DNA from: Chiloscyllium plagiosum
Taxonomy: Eukaryota
Reading direction: 5' to 3'
DNA length: 64,000 nt
Assembly: GCF_004010195.1 (NCBI RefSeq)
Contig: NC_057718.1
Location: forward strand, 45,744,322-45,808,321
A program made the translations under genes and the position numbers. Shown here in pieces: positions 1 to 15,066 of the stretch (the first letter of the stretch is position 1; every line of letters begins with the position of its first letter). The notes under the pieces are model-generated. The model ran no database searches. It had not been told where the DNA came from and saw only the letters and a program-made list of their open reading frames with translations.

Positions 1-1700
1 GATGAGCATATGAACAAGTAGTAGCCCATTTAGCCCCTCAAGCCTTCTTCACGATTTAAAGAACATCATAGCTGATCTGATTGCAGCCTCAAATCAGCAT
101 TCCACCTACCCATGATAACCTTTCAACCTCTTGCTTAACTAGGCTCTATTAGTTCTACCTTCAAAATATTCAAGAACTCTGTTAATACCAGTCTTTCAGG
201 AAAATAGTACCAAAGACACTCAACCCTCAGAAAAACAAATGCCTAATCTCTGTAATAAATGAGCAATCCCTGATTAATAAAGAGTAATCCCTAGTTCTAG
301 ATTTTCATATAAGAGGAAAGATCATCTTGTCAAACATGTCACCCTGTCAAGACCCCTCAAGACCTTAGACCTTATATGTTTCAATCAAGTTACCTTTTAA
401 TCAACTCCAATTCATACTAATATTTCCTCATAAAATAACCCTCTCATTCCAATTGATTAGTCTGATAAACTTGCACTGAATTGCTACCAGCACGTTTACA
501 TCCTTCTTTCGAAAAAAGGTGACAGATTCTGCCAAACAATACTCTCAATACGGTCTAACTACGGTCCTGTATAACTGAACTATAACTCACTACTTTTGTG
601 TTCCATTCCCCTCATGATAAACTATAATATGCTGTTTTCCTAATTACTGCAGTCTCTCATTTTTTATAATATGATCCTTTATTCTTCCTGCCAAAATAGA
701 CATTAACATTTTCCCCACATTATATTACATTTCAGATCTTTGCCTACTCACTTTTTATCTTGCTGGAGACTCATTATGTCCTCTTTGCAACTTGCATTTC
801 CATCTAACTTTGTGACATTTGTAAATATGCCAACCATATCTTGCATCCCTTAATACATATCATTTTTATAAACTATAAATAGTTGATGCTCCAGAACTGA
901 TCTTTGTGGCACATCACTAATTGCAGCTTGCCAACCTGAAAATTAATGCTTATTTGCCAGCCAATATCCTAATCATACCAACATGTCACCTCCTACACCA
1001 CGAACTTTTGTTTTCCATAATGACCTTTAATGTGGCACTTTATCAAATGCCTTGTGGAAATCCAAGTACAGTACATCCACCCGAACCCCTTTATCAACCA
1101 CATTTGTTACCTCCTCAAAAAATTAAATAGATTTGTCAAATATGATTTCCCTTTCACAAAACCATGCTGACTTCGCCTGACTACCTTGAATTTATCAGCG
1201 TGCTACTGGAAAATCTTCAATAAATCGCTTGGAACATTTTCCATGAGAAATTAAAGTTAACTGGTCTATGGTTTCCTACTTTCTGTTTCCACTCCCTCTC
1301 TCCTATTGAATAAGGAAGTTTTATTTGTTCATGCCAATGTAATCCCTGAAAAATTAAAACTGACACAATTATCTCACCAGCCCCATGTTTTAAAGGCCAT
1401 AAGTTGCAGTCCATCAACTCCTGGACCCTGGCCAGCCACTTCGCTGGTGATTGTGATTTTCCCTGGGTTCTTCCAGTTTCCTGATTATTGCTGAACTTGG
1501 GATGTTACTTGTATACTGAAGGCTGATGCAAACTAGAGGTTCAATTCACCTTCCACCTCCTTATTTGCCATTATTAATTCAACAATGTTTTCTGCAATCA
1601 ACCCTCTCTCTAACTTCTTTTTAAAAAATATTTATAGAATCTGTTTTTTTACTTTTGGTCAGATTTGTCTCTGATTTAACTTTTCCCTCACTAATTATTT
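1..1700 (-). mobile_element. Old degenerate CR1-like LINE fragment (RT and 3' region)
   Basis: Reverse complement of ~1145-1172 reads AGTCAGCATGGTTTTGTGAAAGGGAAATC (SQHGFVKGKS); GNHRPV motif at ~1257-1277; many stops. Boundaries approximate. Confidence 0.7.
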
Positions 1701-2559
1701 GTTTTTTTCTTTCCAGAAACAACCACAATGTAACAAATAAAAAGCAGGAAAGGAAAATTAAATATTACAATTCCACACACAGGAAAAATAAATATAATGG
1801 CTGATAAAATGCATATGTGGAAAAGAGAGATGGTTAAAATAGAAGAAGTGGAACCCGAGAGACAAAATCAATAATAAAGATGGTGTAGCTGGCTAAAATG
1901 TCACAAATGTAAACAGGTGAACAGAATTTTGTGCAGGGCATCTTTATGAAAAAATTTCCCATAAATTCCATGTAGGCTTCTATGCCTTTAAACATGCAGG
2001 ATGCAAAAAATTTGGCAAGTTTAAAAACAAATCTGTTTTCTCCTTCTTAAACCCTTTTCTAGAATATATAGATCATTGACTTATTTAGCATGATATGTTT
2101 CTAGATCTGTTGTCAGCAGATGAATGAAATTTCATTTCATCTAGACATCCTAGCAGCTTCAAGTAAGAAATGGTATAACCTAATGAAAGTTACAGTCCAC
2201 AACACAGCTCTGATATATTTATTCTTAAAAATGGCAAGTAAACACCTTTAGAACAGGGTTACTAGCTTGTGGTAAAAAAAGTGGTCATACTGTACATTAT
2301 AGACATTATATCGTCCCGCTAAGTATTAATTATCACTCAATAAGCTTTCAGTGAGAGCACAATCATGCATTCTTCAATGGAGATAGATAATTTACTCACG
2401 TTAAATATATCAAAAATGCCTAGTATCAACTAAAAATGCTAAATTTATTTACACCACAAAATACACAAATTTATTGTCTAATCGACAAAGGAAATTTCAA
2501 TTTTTTTTTAATCTTTCATTTCAGACTAATCAAAAAAGTATGCTGTTTTGGAAAACATA

Positions 2560-4540
2560 TGGAGTGACGGACTCTCAGGGGAAAGTAGTACTGACAGTCA
2601 GGTTTCTGGGACCAAGATTGGCTTTAATATAAATGAGGGGTTTGCTAGATTCTACGTAATCGATTGAGATAGGGGACTCCGTAGTCAGAAACACAGACAG
2701 GCATTTCTGTAGCTGACAGAAAGCCATCAGAATGGTGTGCTTCCTCTCTGGTGCCAGGATCAAGGATATCTCAGAGGACAGAATATACAAAGTTAGGCAG
2801 GAAATTAAAAGGGAGGTCCTTGACAGTAGTAATATTTGGATTACTCCCACTGCTACAAGCTAGTGAAGATACAAATACGAGGATAGAGCAGATGAATGTA
2901 TGGCTAAGGAGCTGGTGCAGGGAGAAGGATTCACATTTGTGGATCACTGGAATTGCTTCTGGGGTAGAAGTGACCTGTTTAAGGACGGATTGCACCTGAA
3001 TTGGAAAGGAACTAATATACTGGCAGAGAGATTTGCTACAGCTGCTCAGGGGGATTAAAATGGAAGGGAACGGTTTGTGGTGGTGGGACCCAGGGAGATA
3101 GTAAGTCTGAATGAGACTGATTCAGTTGGGAAAAGGAGCAAGACAACAAACAAACAAACAGTCAGGATGTGCACGAACAAAAACAGAAAACTAAGATTGG
3201 ATTGATAAATTAAACTGCATTTATTTCAATGCAAGAGGCCTAACAGCAAGGCAGATGAACTCGGGGCATAGTTGGGAACATGGAGCTGGGATATCAAAGC
3301 AATTAGAGACGTGGCTCAGGATAGACAGGAGTGGCAGCTTAAATGTTTCAGGATAAAGATGCTATAGGAAGGTTAGAAAAGGGAGCAAGAGAAGAAGGAG
3401 GGGGGGGGATGGTGTTTTTGATCAGGCATAACATAGGTGCTGTACTTGGGGAGGATATTCCTGGGAATACATCCAGGGATGTTATTTGGATGGAAATGAG
3501 AAAAAAGAAAAGGATGATCACTTCATTGCGATTGTACTATAGACCCCAATAGTCAGCAGGAAATTTACAAAACAAATTTGGAGAAGATCTCAGTTATATG
3601 TAAGAATAGTAGGCTGGTTATGGTAAGGGATTTTTAACTTTCCAAAAACATAGACCAAGGCAGCCATGGACTTGGACAGGAATTTGTAAAGTGTATACAA
3701 GAAAATTCTGATTTAGTATGTGGATGCACCTACTAGAGAAGGTGCAAAACTTGACCTATTGAGGAAATAAGGCAGGGCAGTTGACTGAGGTGTCAGTGGG
3801 AGAGCACTTTGGGGCTAGCGACCATAATTCTATCACTTTTAAAACTGATGGAAAAGAATAGACTGGATCTACAAGTTAAAGTTCTAAATTGTAAGAAGGC
3901 TAATTTTGCCGGTATTGGGGGTGAACGTTCATAGGTAAAGGACAGTTGAAAAATGGGAAGCCTTCAAAAATGAGATAATGAGTGTCCAGAGACAGTATGT
4001 TTCTGTTAAGGTGTAGGGCAAGGCTGGAAGGTGTAGGAAATGCTGGAAGATGAGAGAAATTGAGGATTTGGTTATGAAAAAGCAGCAAGCATATGTCAGG
4101 CATACACAGCAGAGATTGAGTGAAATCTCGAGAAGAGTATAAAGGCAGTAGGAGCATACTTAAGAGGGAAATTAGAAGGGCAAAAAGGGGGCATCGATAG
4201 CTTTGGCAAATGGGATTAAGGAGAATCCAAGAGGATTCTACAAATACATTAAGGACAAAAGAGGATAACTAGGGAGAGAATAAGACCCCTCAAAAACTAA
4301 AAGGCATAGGTTGAAGGTGAGGGGGGAAAAGATTTAAAAGTGACCAAAAGGGCAACTTTTCACGCAGAATGGAGAAGACTGGTACAACAACATTTAAAAG
4401 ACATCTGGATGGGAATACGAATAGGAAGGGTTAAGAGGAAAAGGATCCAAATGCTGGCAAATGGAACTATACTAATTTAGGATATCTGGTTGGATGGAGG
4501 GGTTGGACTGAAGGGTCTGTTTCCATGCTGTATGACTCTG
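2560..4540 (+). mobile_element. Decayed, internally deleted CR1/HER1-like LINE (ORF1 esterase, endonuclease, 3' end)
   Basis: VIFGLLPLLQASE..RIEQMNVWLRSWC peptides; paralogous to 7880-10140; 3' tail ...GGGTCTGTTTCCATGCTGTATGACTCT. Confidence 0.85.
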
Positions 4541-5501
4541 AAACTGTATCATTACATTATTTTTCTACATTGAAAACCTGGCCCTGACTTTGATTCCCAA
4601 TTTTAACAAGAAACGGGATGACAGTACACTTAAAATCAGAGCTGAAAAATTAACACTCCACTCACACTGGAGGCTATTAGGCAGCGAAAGTTTCAGTGAA
4701 ACAGGCAAGGACCTCATCATACCATGTTAGGACTCCGACTTTCCATTAGCAGTGGGTAGATACCAGATCCTTGAAAGCTTGGTCACGGGGTGCTTCCTTT
4801 CTCTCTTTTTAAAATGATAAAATAATGATTTTGATTCATGGACAAACAGTGAAATGTCCAGTTTCCCCTCACCATTAGCAAGCTATTCATAGCTATTCTT
4901 CAGCTTCCAGACCTAAATATTGGAATCTTAAACAAGGCTGGCTAGTGCTAGTGGGCAGGCATTGTAATTTTGTGAATCACATCCGACCTATGTCTACCAC
5001 ACATTGGAATCTACCCTTGCATATAAGGAAATTTCTTCCACAATTTAACAAAAAGAATTTTCACTGAGAGCACACTGAATCAGCTGGTTTGGTAACTCTT
5101 GCCTAGCCCTTTGTGTTTCAAATAAAAATTGGCAACATCATGCTAATACTGACTAGAATCACTAATATTTCATTCTACAATGAGAAAACTTTAGAAACAA
5201 AATAAACTGAACTATTTAGGAGTTTGCATGACAATATTGTACTATTTTCTGGGATTTCACCCTTGTATGACTCTTAAGCACTTTAATTGTCCAATTTAGG
5301 AATCTGGTAGACTGGTGGGCATTGCAACGGACAAAGTTTGGTGTTCTTGCTTGGAAAATCAAGGTTGGCCCAATTTTTCTAATGAAACTTGTTTTTCATA
5401 ATGCAATGTGAACATACAGACCAAAATAACTTAAAATTGTAAAGAAAATGAATGAATGAATTAATGGGGATGGGGGCAGTCACACAGCTTTCAGTTTCTA
5501 C

Positions 5502-5538
5502 TGTATGTATGTATGTATGTATGTATGTATGTATGTAT
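5502..5538 (+). repeat. (TGTA)9 microsatellite
   Basis: Read directly. Confidence 0.95.
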
Positions 5539-5649
5539 AAGAATTTCACATCTGCATTGTAACTTATAACAAGTATACAAGTTAACTTTGCTATCTTTTG
5601 GGAAAAAGTGCCATTTTGTTAATTATATAAAATGTGAATCTTTGAAAGC

Positions 5650-7660
5650 AAAATTAGGTCCTCGCTCTCATACTTCTTGATCTCCATTGTAATGGCGCTC
5701 TCAGCACTTGAATTCACTATTTCCTCCATATTCTAAAATTTGAGTTGAACTGCTCATCAGATCCCCTATCATACTAAACCTACAAGGCTGTAGCTTCATT
5801 CCTATTTTGCTCATGCCATCTTCAAGCTTATCTTGTCCAGAAGATCTTTCTGCTACTTTGCTAATCCTATTGCTGATAAACTGCTTACTTTCCCACCTTG
5901 GCCAGTATGCAAATAGATACATTCAAGAACTAGAAACCTTTATCTTCTCCTCAATAAAATAACCATGCTTAATCTTTTTTTGTTCTTGCAAACTACTGCC
6001 ACATTTTCAACCTTCTTTTGCTCTCCAAAGTCTCTGATATGCTATTGCTTCCTCATTCGTACTACCTCATTCACAACTCCCTGCTATTAGCGATGATTAA
6101 GATTCCTGATTACTGTGATACTACATTGACCATGTAATATTGCATTCCTTAACCTGTCTGCCAAGGAAATTCATTGATGCCATTACCACTAACTATTTCA
6201 ATGCTTTGTTGACAGGTCACTTATCCTACAACTGCAGCTTATTCAAACTTCTGCTGTCTGTATCCTTTGCTATAGCAACTCCTATTTACTCTTCAAATAT
6301 CTGTTTACTGATTGAAACTGGTCGCCAATGATTCAAAATTTTTAAAAATTCATAGTTGTTTATAGCTTTTCATACCTTGTTGCTCTCTAATTTCCTTCCA
6401 CCCCACAAAGGCCCTGGAATTCTTCATTCCTGCATCTTTGGTCTCTTGTGGGTGTAGGTTTGCTCGCTGAGCTGAAAGGTTCATTTCCAGACATTTCATC
6501 ACCCTACTAGGTAACATCTTCAGTAGGCCACCGGATGAAGCACTGTTCCTGCTTTCCATTTAAGTGTTTGGGTTTCTTTGGGTTGGTGATGTCATTTCCG
6601 GTTCTTTTTCTCAGGTGGTAGTAGATTGAGTCTAACTCGATGTGTTTGTTGATAAGAGTTCCGGTTGGAACGCCATGCTTCTAGGAATCCTCGTGCATGT
6701 CTCGGTTTGGCTTGTCCTAGGATGGATGTGTTGTCTCAGTCGAAGTGGTGTCCTTCCTTATCTGTATGTAAGGATACTAGTGAGAGAGCGTCATGTCATT
6801 TTGTGGCTAGTGTTCTGCCTGTTTGTCCAATATAGTGTTTGTTACAGTTGTTGCACGGTATTTTGTAAATGATATTAGTTTTGCTTGTTGTCTGTATAGG
6901 GTCTTTCAAGTTCATTAGCTGCTGTTTTAGTGTGTTGGTGGGTTTGTGGGCTACCATGATGCCAAGGGGTCTGAGTAGTCTGGCAGTCATTTCCAAGATG
7001 TCTTTGATGTAGGGGAGAGTGGCTAGGGTTTCTTGATATGTTTTGTCTGCTTGTTTGAGTTTGTTGCTAAGAAATCAACGGACTGTGTTCATTGGGTACC
7101 CTTTCTTTTTGAATACATGGTATAGGTGATTTTCCTATCCTCTGTGTAGTTCCTCTGTGCTGTAGTGTGTGCTGGTTCATTGAAATCATGTTCTGATGCA
7201 GCTTTGTTTGTGGATGTTGGGATGATTGCTTCTGTAGGTCAATATTTGGTCCGTATGTGTTGTTTTCCTGTAGACACTGGCTTGAAGTTGCCCACTGGTT
7301 GTTCGCTCGGTGTGACACCTAGTGTGATGTCTGGAACGTCTGGAAATGAACCTTCCAGCTCAGCGAACAAACCTACATCCAGAACCTCAACCTGAGCTAC
7401 AAATCTTCTCAAAACTCGCTTGGTCTCTTGTATATTATCCCATATCATTTCATCATTAATGATGGCAACTTCAGCTCCTTTGCTCAAGAATTCCCTCCAT
7501 AATCTCTAGCTCCATCTATTTTAAGGCTTCCCTAATAAAAATCATGTTTTGTTCAAGCTTGTAGTGAACCCACCAAATACCTGCTTCTTTGGCCTCACAT
7601 TCATTTGTGACTACATGTTTGATGCTTTTTGGAACAGTTTTCTACACTAAAAGATGCTGT
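5650..7660 (+). mobile_element. Old L2-like LINE remnant interrupted by the Penelope insertion at 6450-7419
   Basis: Pyrimidine-rich decayed RT / 3' end-like sequence that continues across the 12-bp duplication. Family call is tentative. Confidence 0.4.
6450..7419 (-). mobile_element. Truncated Penelope-like retroelement (GIY-YIG endonuclease) with inverted terminal segments
   Basis: NIIYKIPCNNCNKHYIGQTGRTLAT (GIY-YIG). 6450-6495 is inverted at ~7335-7380. TSD TTGGTCTCTTGT at 6438-6449 and 7420-7431. Confidence 0.9.
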
Positions 7661-7879
7661 ATAACTATAGGTTATTGGTATAAGTTAATTAACATAATAG
7701 AATACCACAGCACAACATTCCTCAAACCTATTCTGTGGCACTGTATTGAACATCTGTGGAATCCATGTACACCACCTTAGCAATCTTGCTCTCCTCAACC
7801 CTCTCCATTACCTCTAATATCTCCAGACATTTAGTTAGACAGTTTTCTCTTAGAAAACGTCAGCTTCCAAGAGATTAAT

Positions 7880-10140
7880 TGTGTTAGGGGATTTTGTGGC
7901 CAGCAGAGAAAAAGCAGAATGGTGTGTTGTTTCCCTGGTGCCAGGATCAAGGATGTCTCAGAGAGGGTGCAGAAGGTTCTCATGGGGGAAGAGGGGCCAG
8001 CAGGAGGTCATTGTCCACATTGGAACGAACGACATAGGAACGGAAAAGGTTGAGATTCTGAAGGGAGATTACAGAGAGTTAGGCAGAAATTTAAAAAGGA
8101 GGTCCGCAAGGGTAGTAATATCTGGATTACTGCCAGTGCTACAAGCTAGTGAGGGCAGGAATAAGAGGATAGAGCAGATGAATGCACAGCTGAGGAGCTG
8201 GTGTATGGGAGAAGGATTCACATTTTTGGATCATTGGAATCTCTTTTGGGGTAGAAGTGACCTGTACAAGAAGGATGGATTGCACCTAAATTGGAAGGGG
8301 CTAATGTACTTGGCAGGGAAATATTTGCTAGAACTGCTTGGGAGGATTTAAACTCGTAAGGTTGGGGGGTGGGACACAGGGAGATAGTGAGGAAAGAGAT
8401 CGATCTGAGACGGGTATAGCGGAGTACAGAAGTGAGTCAAACATGCAGGGACAAGGTAGGACTAATAAATTAAACTGCATTTATTTCAATGCAAGGGACC
8501 TAACAGGGAAGGCAGATGAACTCAGGGCATGGTTAGGAACATGGGGCTGGAATGTCATAGCAATTACGGAAACATGGCTCAGGGATGGGCAGGACTGGCA
8601 GCTTAATGTTCCAGGATACAAATACTACAGGAAGGATAGAAAGGGAGGCAAGAGAGGAGGGGAAGTGGCATTTTTGATAAGGGATAGCATTACAGCTGTA
8701 CTGAGGGAGGATATTCCGAAATACATCCAGGGAAGTTATTTGGGTGGAACTGAGAAATAAAAAAGATGATCACCTTATTGGGATTGTATTATAGACCCCT
8801 AATAGTCAGAGCGAAATTGAGAAACAAACTTGTTAGGAGATCTCAGCTATCTGTAAGAATAATAGGGTAGTTACGGTAGGAGATTTTAACTTTCCAAACA
8901 TTGACTGGGACTGCCATAGTGTTAAAGGTTTAGATGGAGAGGGATTCTTAAGTGTGTACAAGACAATTTCCTGATTCAGTTTGTGGATGTACCTACTAGA
9001 GAAGGTGCAAAACTTGACTTACTCTTGAGAAATAAGGCAAGGCCGGTGACTGAGGTGTCAGTGGTGGAGCACTTTGGGGCCAGCGACCATAATTCTATTC
9101 GTTTTAAAATTGTGATGGAAAAGGGTAGACCAGATCTAAAAGTTGAAGTTCTAAATTGGAGAAAGGCCAATTTTGACAGTATTAGGCAAGAACTTTCGAA
9201 AGCTGATTGGAGGCAGATGTTCGCAGGTAAAGGGATGGCTGGAAAATGGAAAGCCTTCAGAAATGAGATAACAAGAATCCAAAGAAAGTATATTCCTGTC
9301 AGGGTGAAAGGGAAGGCTGNNNNNNNNNNNNNNNNNNNNNNNNNNNNNNNNNNNNNNNNNNNNNNNNNNNNNNNNNNNNNNNNNNNNNNNNNNNNNNNNN
9401 NNNNNNNNNNNNNNNNNNNNNNNNNNNNNNNNNNNNNNNNNNNNNNNNNNNNNNNNNNNNNNNNNNNNNNNNNNNNNNNNNNNNNNNNNNNNNNNNNNNN
9501 NNNNNNNNNNNNNNNNNNNNNNNNNNNNNNNNNNNNNNNNNNNNNNNNNNNNNNNNNNNNNNNNNNNNNNNNNNNNNNNNNNNNNNNNNNNNNNNNNNNN
9601 NNNNNNNNNNNNNNNNNNNNNNNNNNNNNNNNNNNNNNNNNNNNNNGAAGACTGGAGGTTGGCAAACGTGCTGCCACTGTTTAAGAAGGGCGGTAAAGAC
9701 AAGCCAGGGATCTATAGACCGGTGAGCCTGACCTCGGTGGTGGGCAAGTTGTTGGAGGGAATCCTGAGGGACAGGATGTATTTGGAAAGGCAAGGACTGA
9801 TTCAACATGGCTTTGTGCGTGGGAAATCATGTCTCACAAACTTGATTGAGTTTTTTGAAGAAGTAACAAAGAAGATTGATGAGGGCAGAGCAGTAGATGT
9901 GATCTATATGAACTTCAGTAAGGCGTTCGTCAAGGGAGACTGATTAGCAAGGTTAGATCTCACGGAATACAGAGAGAACTAGCCATTTGGATGCAGAACT
10001 GGCTCAAAGGTAGAAGACAGAGGGTGGTGGTGGAGCGCTGTTTTTCAGACTGGAGGCCTGTGACCAGTGGAGTGCCACAAGGATTGGTATTGGGCCCTCT
10101 ACTTTTTGTCATTTACATAAATGATTTGGATGCGAGCATA
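7880..10140 (+). mobile_element. Younger CR1/HER1-like LINE fragment (ORF1 SGNH-esterase, APE endonuclease, RT), frameshifted, spans the gap
   Basis: [86 protein letters not shown]. Confidence 0.95.
9320..9646. other. Assembly gap (327 N)
   Basis: Run of N inside the CR1 copy. Confidence 1.
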
Positions 10141-10479
10141 ACTGAAGTGTCTTCAGTTCATGACATTAAAAAAAAGGGCATGATTTAGTTGGAATTACTC
10201 TTAACACGTGGCCTCCTGACATTTTAAATCACTGTTCATCACCAGAACTAGCAATGGATGAAATAAGAAAATTCCAGCAATAACAGCTAATTGGATAAAC
10301 TAAGTTATAGTTAACCCTGGATGCTCTCTTTCTACCAATAATGGGGAGATTTGGTATTTCTATTTTATGAACTAAGAACATGGACAAATTCCTACTGATC
10401 TTCTGGTGAGCAGCTTATTATAAATTAGAATCAAAATGTTTGAAGATGTCGGCTCATCTACTACGTGGTGTCTCCACAA

Positions 10480-11610
10480 GAGCAATGTAGTTAGTTACAC
10501 TTCTCAACATCTTCCCATAACCCTGAAAATCTTTTCTTCAGGCATTTATTCAATTGAGGTCTTGATTGAATCTGCCTCCTTTACATTCTTCAGCAGTGCA
10601 TTCCTGATTGCAACTACTCACTGTGAAAAAGCAACCCCAACTTATCCAATCTATCCATTTTACTGAAGTTCCTCATTCCTGGAAGGATTTACATAACTGG
10701 ATTCTGTACCTTCTCTAAAGCTTTCACGTCTTTCGAAAACATAATACTCCACCTATGAGGTGACCCACTAGTTCAAGTTCCCACAATTACTGGTTTTATA
10801 CTCTATGCCTTATTTATAAAGTCAAGGGTTCCACATCCTTGTTGACAAATTTCTCAAAGTGCCTTGCCCACCTTCAATAATTTGTGCACATGCACCCAGA
10901 GTTTCCTCTTCTTTCATCCCCTCTGGAATACCACTCTAATTTATGTTGCCATTGACATTCTTTCTACCAAATAAATTACTTCATACTACCCTGTATAAAT
11001 TCCATCTGCCAAACTGTCGACTTACCCATTTCCCTTGAAATATTTTGTAATCCATAACACTTCCAAGTCTTGTGTTCTGAAATTAAGCCCTGTACCCCCT
11101 AAACCAGTTACTAAAGTGGACCAAAAACAATGCTGCCGCAATAATACCCCAACCCCACAACACTGTTGTATCCATTCTACTATTGGAAAAACTATTTGTC
11201 ACTAACTGTTCTTCCCCAGCAAACTTCACATTCATGCAGCTGCTACCCTCCTTTTAGTCAATGGGTTTCAATTCTGCTGGCGAGCCTATTCTGGGGCAGC
11301 TTATCAAATGCCTATAGGAAATCCATGCACCACCACAAACCCACATTCATCTCAAACTTTTACATCAAAAAAATTAATAGTCAAGCATGATCTGCCCTTA
11401 AAAAGTTCTCTTTCCTTGTCTATGATTGTCAATTTTGTCCCAAATGACCATTTTTAAAATATTTTCCACCAGATGTTAAACTGACTGTGTATTTGCTCAC
11501 TTTATCCTTTTAGTGAACCAGGAAGTAATTTTTGCAATCCTCCAACCCACCGGCATCAACCCATTTCCAAGGCAACTTGGAAAGTTATGACCAGTGCCTC
11601 TGCAACTTAA
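10480..11610 (-). mobile_element. Highly decayed CR1-like LINE fragment
   Basis: Weak reverse-strand similarity to the CR1 RT / 3' motifs seen elsewhere in the window. Confidence 0.5.
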
Positions 11611-14164
11611 TTTAAAGGTCCAGTTCAAGAAAATTAGACAGCAAGAACTGCAGATTTCAGATCATCAGGAGGGCAGTCTGCATGTAGACACTACGCTAGA
11701 TTATATGAAGCGAATTGAAAAGTTACACACGAATGGATTAGTTTGGAATGGTTTCTAGATTAGTGTATCTTATTAGCAGTATACTCAAACAGTGGTAGCA
11801 TATTTAGATAAATCTTCATTTTTGCTTTGCTTACAATCAACTGTATCATGTTTTGCAGAATAGTCTTGTCTAGCTTCAGTCTAAGACACTGATCTAACAC
11901 ACAAGGCTTCTACTTACTTACTAGCACGAGTTGGATGCTGCAGGTGATCAAAATTGTATATTTGTTAAAAATGTTAGTGTGGGTTGATAATATTGACAGA
12001 GTACCTTGGATGTTCTGGCTTCCTTGGAATCATTTTGTACCAACAGTGCACACAATGCATAACAATCTCAATCATGGTTGCATACATGTTTACAAGCTTT
12101 ACAACTATAATAGGAGTGCTGACTTTGTACAATTATTATCATTCTACAGGTTAAACTACTGGATTCTGATCCTGAATAAGTGAAACTCACACTCAACATT
12201 TCTTAAAAACGCATGCACGTAGGAGCAGGGCTGGATTTGACCGAGACTTTTATGGTTTTCATACTCGTGAAGTTTTACTGGAGGATAGTAACTCCTTAAG
12301 TGTTCCCAAATGTACGTACACACACACTTCCCATATGTACAAAATAGATTTGACCTATGGATTAATTCACTCAAACTTTTCCCTAATTCCTATAGCTAGT
12401 AAAGAGACTGCTGCTGGATATCTACTTGCACTGACCTGCATCCCAATGCTCCATGCATGACACTTGCTCCAAATTACTGCATTATTCTACAGTCAAAGAC
12501 ATAAGTCTGTTAACATCGCATATTTTCAAAATTTTGGAACATTTATTTGGCTATAAGATTCCACAGACTGAATATTCAAAAATGTTCTCACCAAATGTCA
12601 TCCATACAAGCAATTTATTTCAATTCAATTAGGCTCATTGTCTTCTAAGAGGGGAAGAGCATTTAGTTTGTTTTTTTTTAAAGCTATAGTTATTCTTGTA
12701 TTTCACAGACAATAGTTATGTACTGATCATTGTATGTGGAAATCAATGAAACATTTTCATTTGGTTCGGCTGCTTTTTTGTACAGCACACTGCTATACTT
12801 TATCAGCAATAAAACTGCCACAGGGAGAATATCTGAAAATAATGCAATATTCTTCTCTCCTGCATCCTTACCAGTGTTTGGAAATGGATTGCAAAGAATC
12901 TCCTAATTGCAATATTTAAAAAAAACGCTAAATATCAGAGTGCTTCTCTAACATCAGCTTTGAAGCTGGAGTATGTACGAGCATGCATTAAAATAAGGCG
13001 TTACTGATATGGTTTGGGCATAAGATGGGTTCAACTGGTTCAGGACATCCAAATTAAAGAAGGCATAATGATAAATTTCTATAGGAGATTGTTCAGGAGA
13101 AAATTGTTGCAAGTTCAGCAGAAGGAATCTTCGCAAAAATTGCCAAGTAAAATAAAGTCAAGAGAGAAAGGGTTGAAATATATGAATACATGATGGCAGA
13201 GGTGAGGGTGAGGGTGAGGGGAAATAAAAGGGTACATAGCAATAGAAAAGAGAATAGAAGGTAACACTGAAAAATAAATATGTACACATAATGGTCAACT
13301 TTCAGTATGACAGAAAGAAAATAATACCAAAGATTATTGTCGAGAAAGCAAACTGAGACAGAACATGAGCATGAGATTAAATCCACCCTGTCCCTGTAAC
13401 ACAGCTAGAGCTGATAGTTTTTCCACACTGAGACTATTCCAGTGACAGTGGCCTTTCTGATAGCTTTTCTACCCTCGAGAACAACAAACATTAGCAATTT
13501 TAAATTAACTTTCATTCCTTCAGGTTGTAATTGTTCTTTTCCCCAAATACAAATACATTTTAACTCATCTTTCCGTTCTCTCATTTTCCTGCTCTCAGTT
13601 AAACTTTTCTTTCCCTCTCTAATTCTCTTCCTGCACCTAATTTAGCATGTAATTCACCCAGTTTAAATTTATGAGCTGAATAGTAGTGGGGAAGTCAGAA
13701 CAACGGCAAAGAATAAAGCGAAAACTCAAAACATCAGAGCTGAGTCCAAACATTTTATGCTGTAGATGTCAATCAGTAGATCACTGATTCCTGGGATTAA
13801 GGTTAAATTCTTTTAGACAGTTTCAGGAGATTTCAGTCAAAACTCCTGCAATTTACCCACCATCTCAATTTCCCTGCTCCTTTGCAAATTGATGCAAACA
13901 TTTGGAGCACACACTTTTCACATGCTAGTGAATGCTCAGTATGATAATGAATGAATCTCATTAAAAATGGCGCTCATCTGGTGTCTTGAGACAGTGCATG
14001 CAACACTAACCATGGGTGCAAAGGACAGCTTTGATCTCCCAGGAGCTGTGCAGCATCCAGCCTTTAAGAAAATGCTCTTTATTTGGGCTGTTTTAAAATG
14101 AAGGAATTGTGGCAAATTCCTAGAGAAACAAAAAAAAAAATTGACCTGTATTATGCCGTGTCGC

Positions 14165-15066
14165 TAGGAGAGAGTGAGGACTACAGATGCTGGAGATCAC
14201 AGTGGGAGAATGTGGTGCTAGAAAAGCACAGCCAGTCAGGCAGCATCTGAGTAGAAGAGTCGATGTTTTGAACATAAGCTCTTCATCAGGAATGGGGGAG
14301 CGTGGCCCAAGAGGACAGAAATAAATGGGAGGGGGTGGGGCAGTTAGCTGGGAATGCGATGGATAAATGAAGATGGGGGTGAAGATGATAGGTCAGAGAG
14401 GAGGGTGGAGCGGATAGGTAGGAAGGAAGATGAGGAAACTGGTGAAATCCACATTGATCTAGTGTGGTTGGAGGACCCCAAGACAGAAGTGGAGGCGTTC
14501 TTCCTCCAGGCGTCGGGTCGCTAGAGTGTGGTGGTGGAGGCGGCCCGGAACTTGTATGTCCTTGGTGGAGTGGGAGGGGGTGTTGAAGTGCTCAGCGATA
14601 GGACAGTGGGGTTGTTTAGTGCACGTGTCCCAGCCCTGTTGCCAAACCCTTTAACTCCCTCTCCCACTCCGCCTCCACCACTTCCAAACTCTAGCCACCC
14701 AACACCTGGAGGAAGAATACCTCATCATCTGCCTTGGGACCTTCCAACCACACTGGATCAATGTGGATTTCACCAGTTTCCTAATTTCTCCTCCCCCACC
14801 TTACCCCAGATCCAACCTTCCAACTCTGTACCGTCCCCTTGAACTGTTCTACCTGTCCACCTTCCTTCCCACCTATCCGCTCCACCCTCCTCTCTGACCT
14901 ATCACATTCCTAGCTACCTTCCCCCAGAGCTCCATCCCCTCCCATTTATCTCTCAGCCCTCTTGGGCCACACCCCATTCCTGATGAAGAGCTTATGCTCA
15001 AAACGTCGACTCTCCTGCTTCTCACATGCTGACTGGCTATGCTTTTCCAGCACTACATGCTTCAAC
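14165..15066. mobile_element. ~900-bp fold-back element made of two inverted Penelope 3' ends (family A)
   Basis: Arms are reverse complements around ~14640 and homologous to 22371-22930. TSD TTATGCCGTGTCGC 14151-14164 / TTATGCTGTGTTGC 15067-15080, differing only at two CpGs. Confidence 0.9.

Noticed and set aside
8976..9808. Long ORFs with X runs
   Set aside because: Artefacts of the N gap inside a CR1 element.
13150..13340. Purine-rich tract with (GGTGAG)3
   Set aside because: Low-complexity sequence with no supporting structure beyond weak G4 potential.
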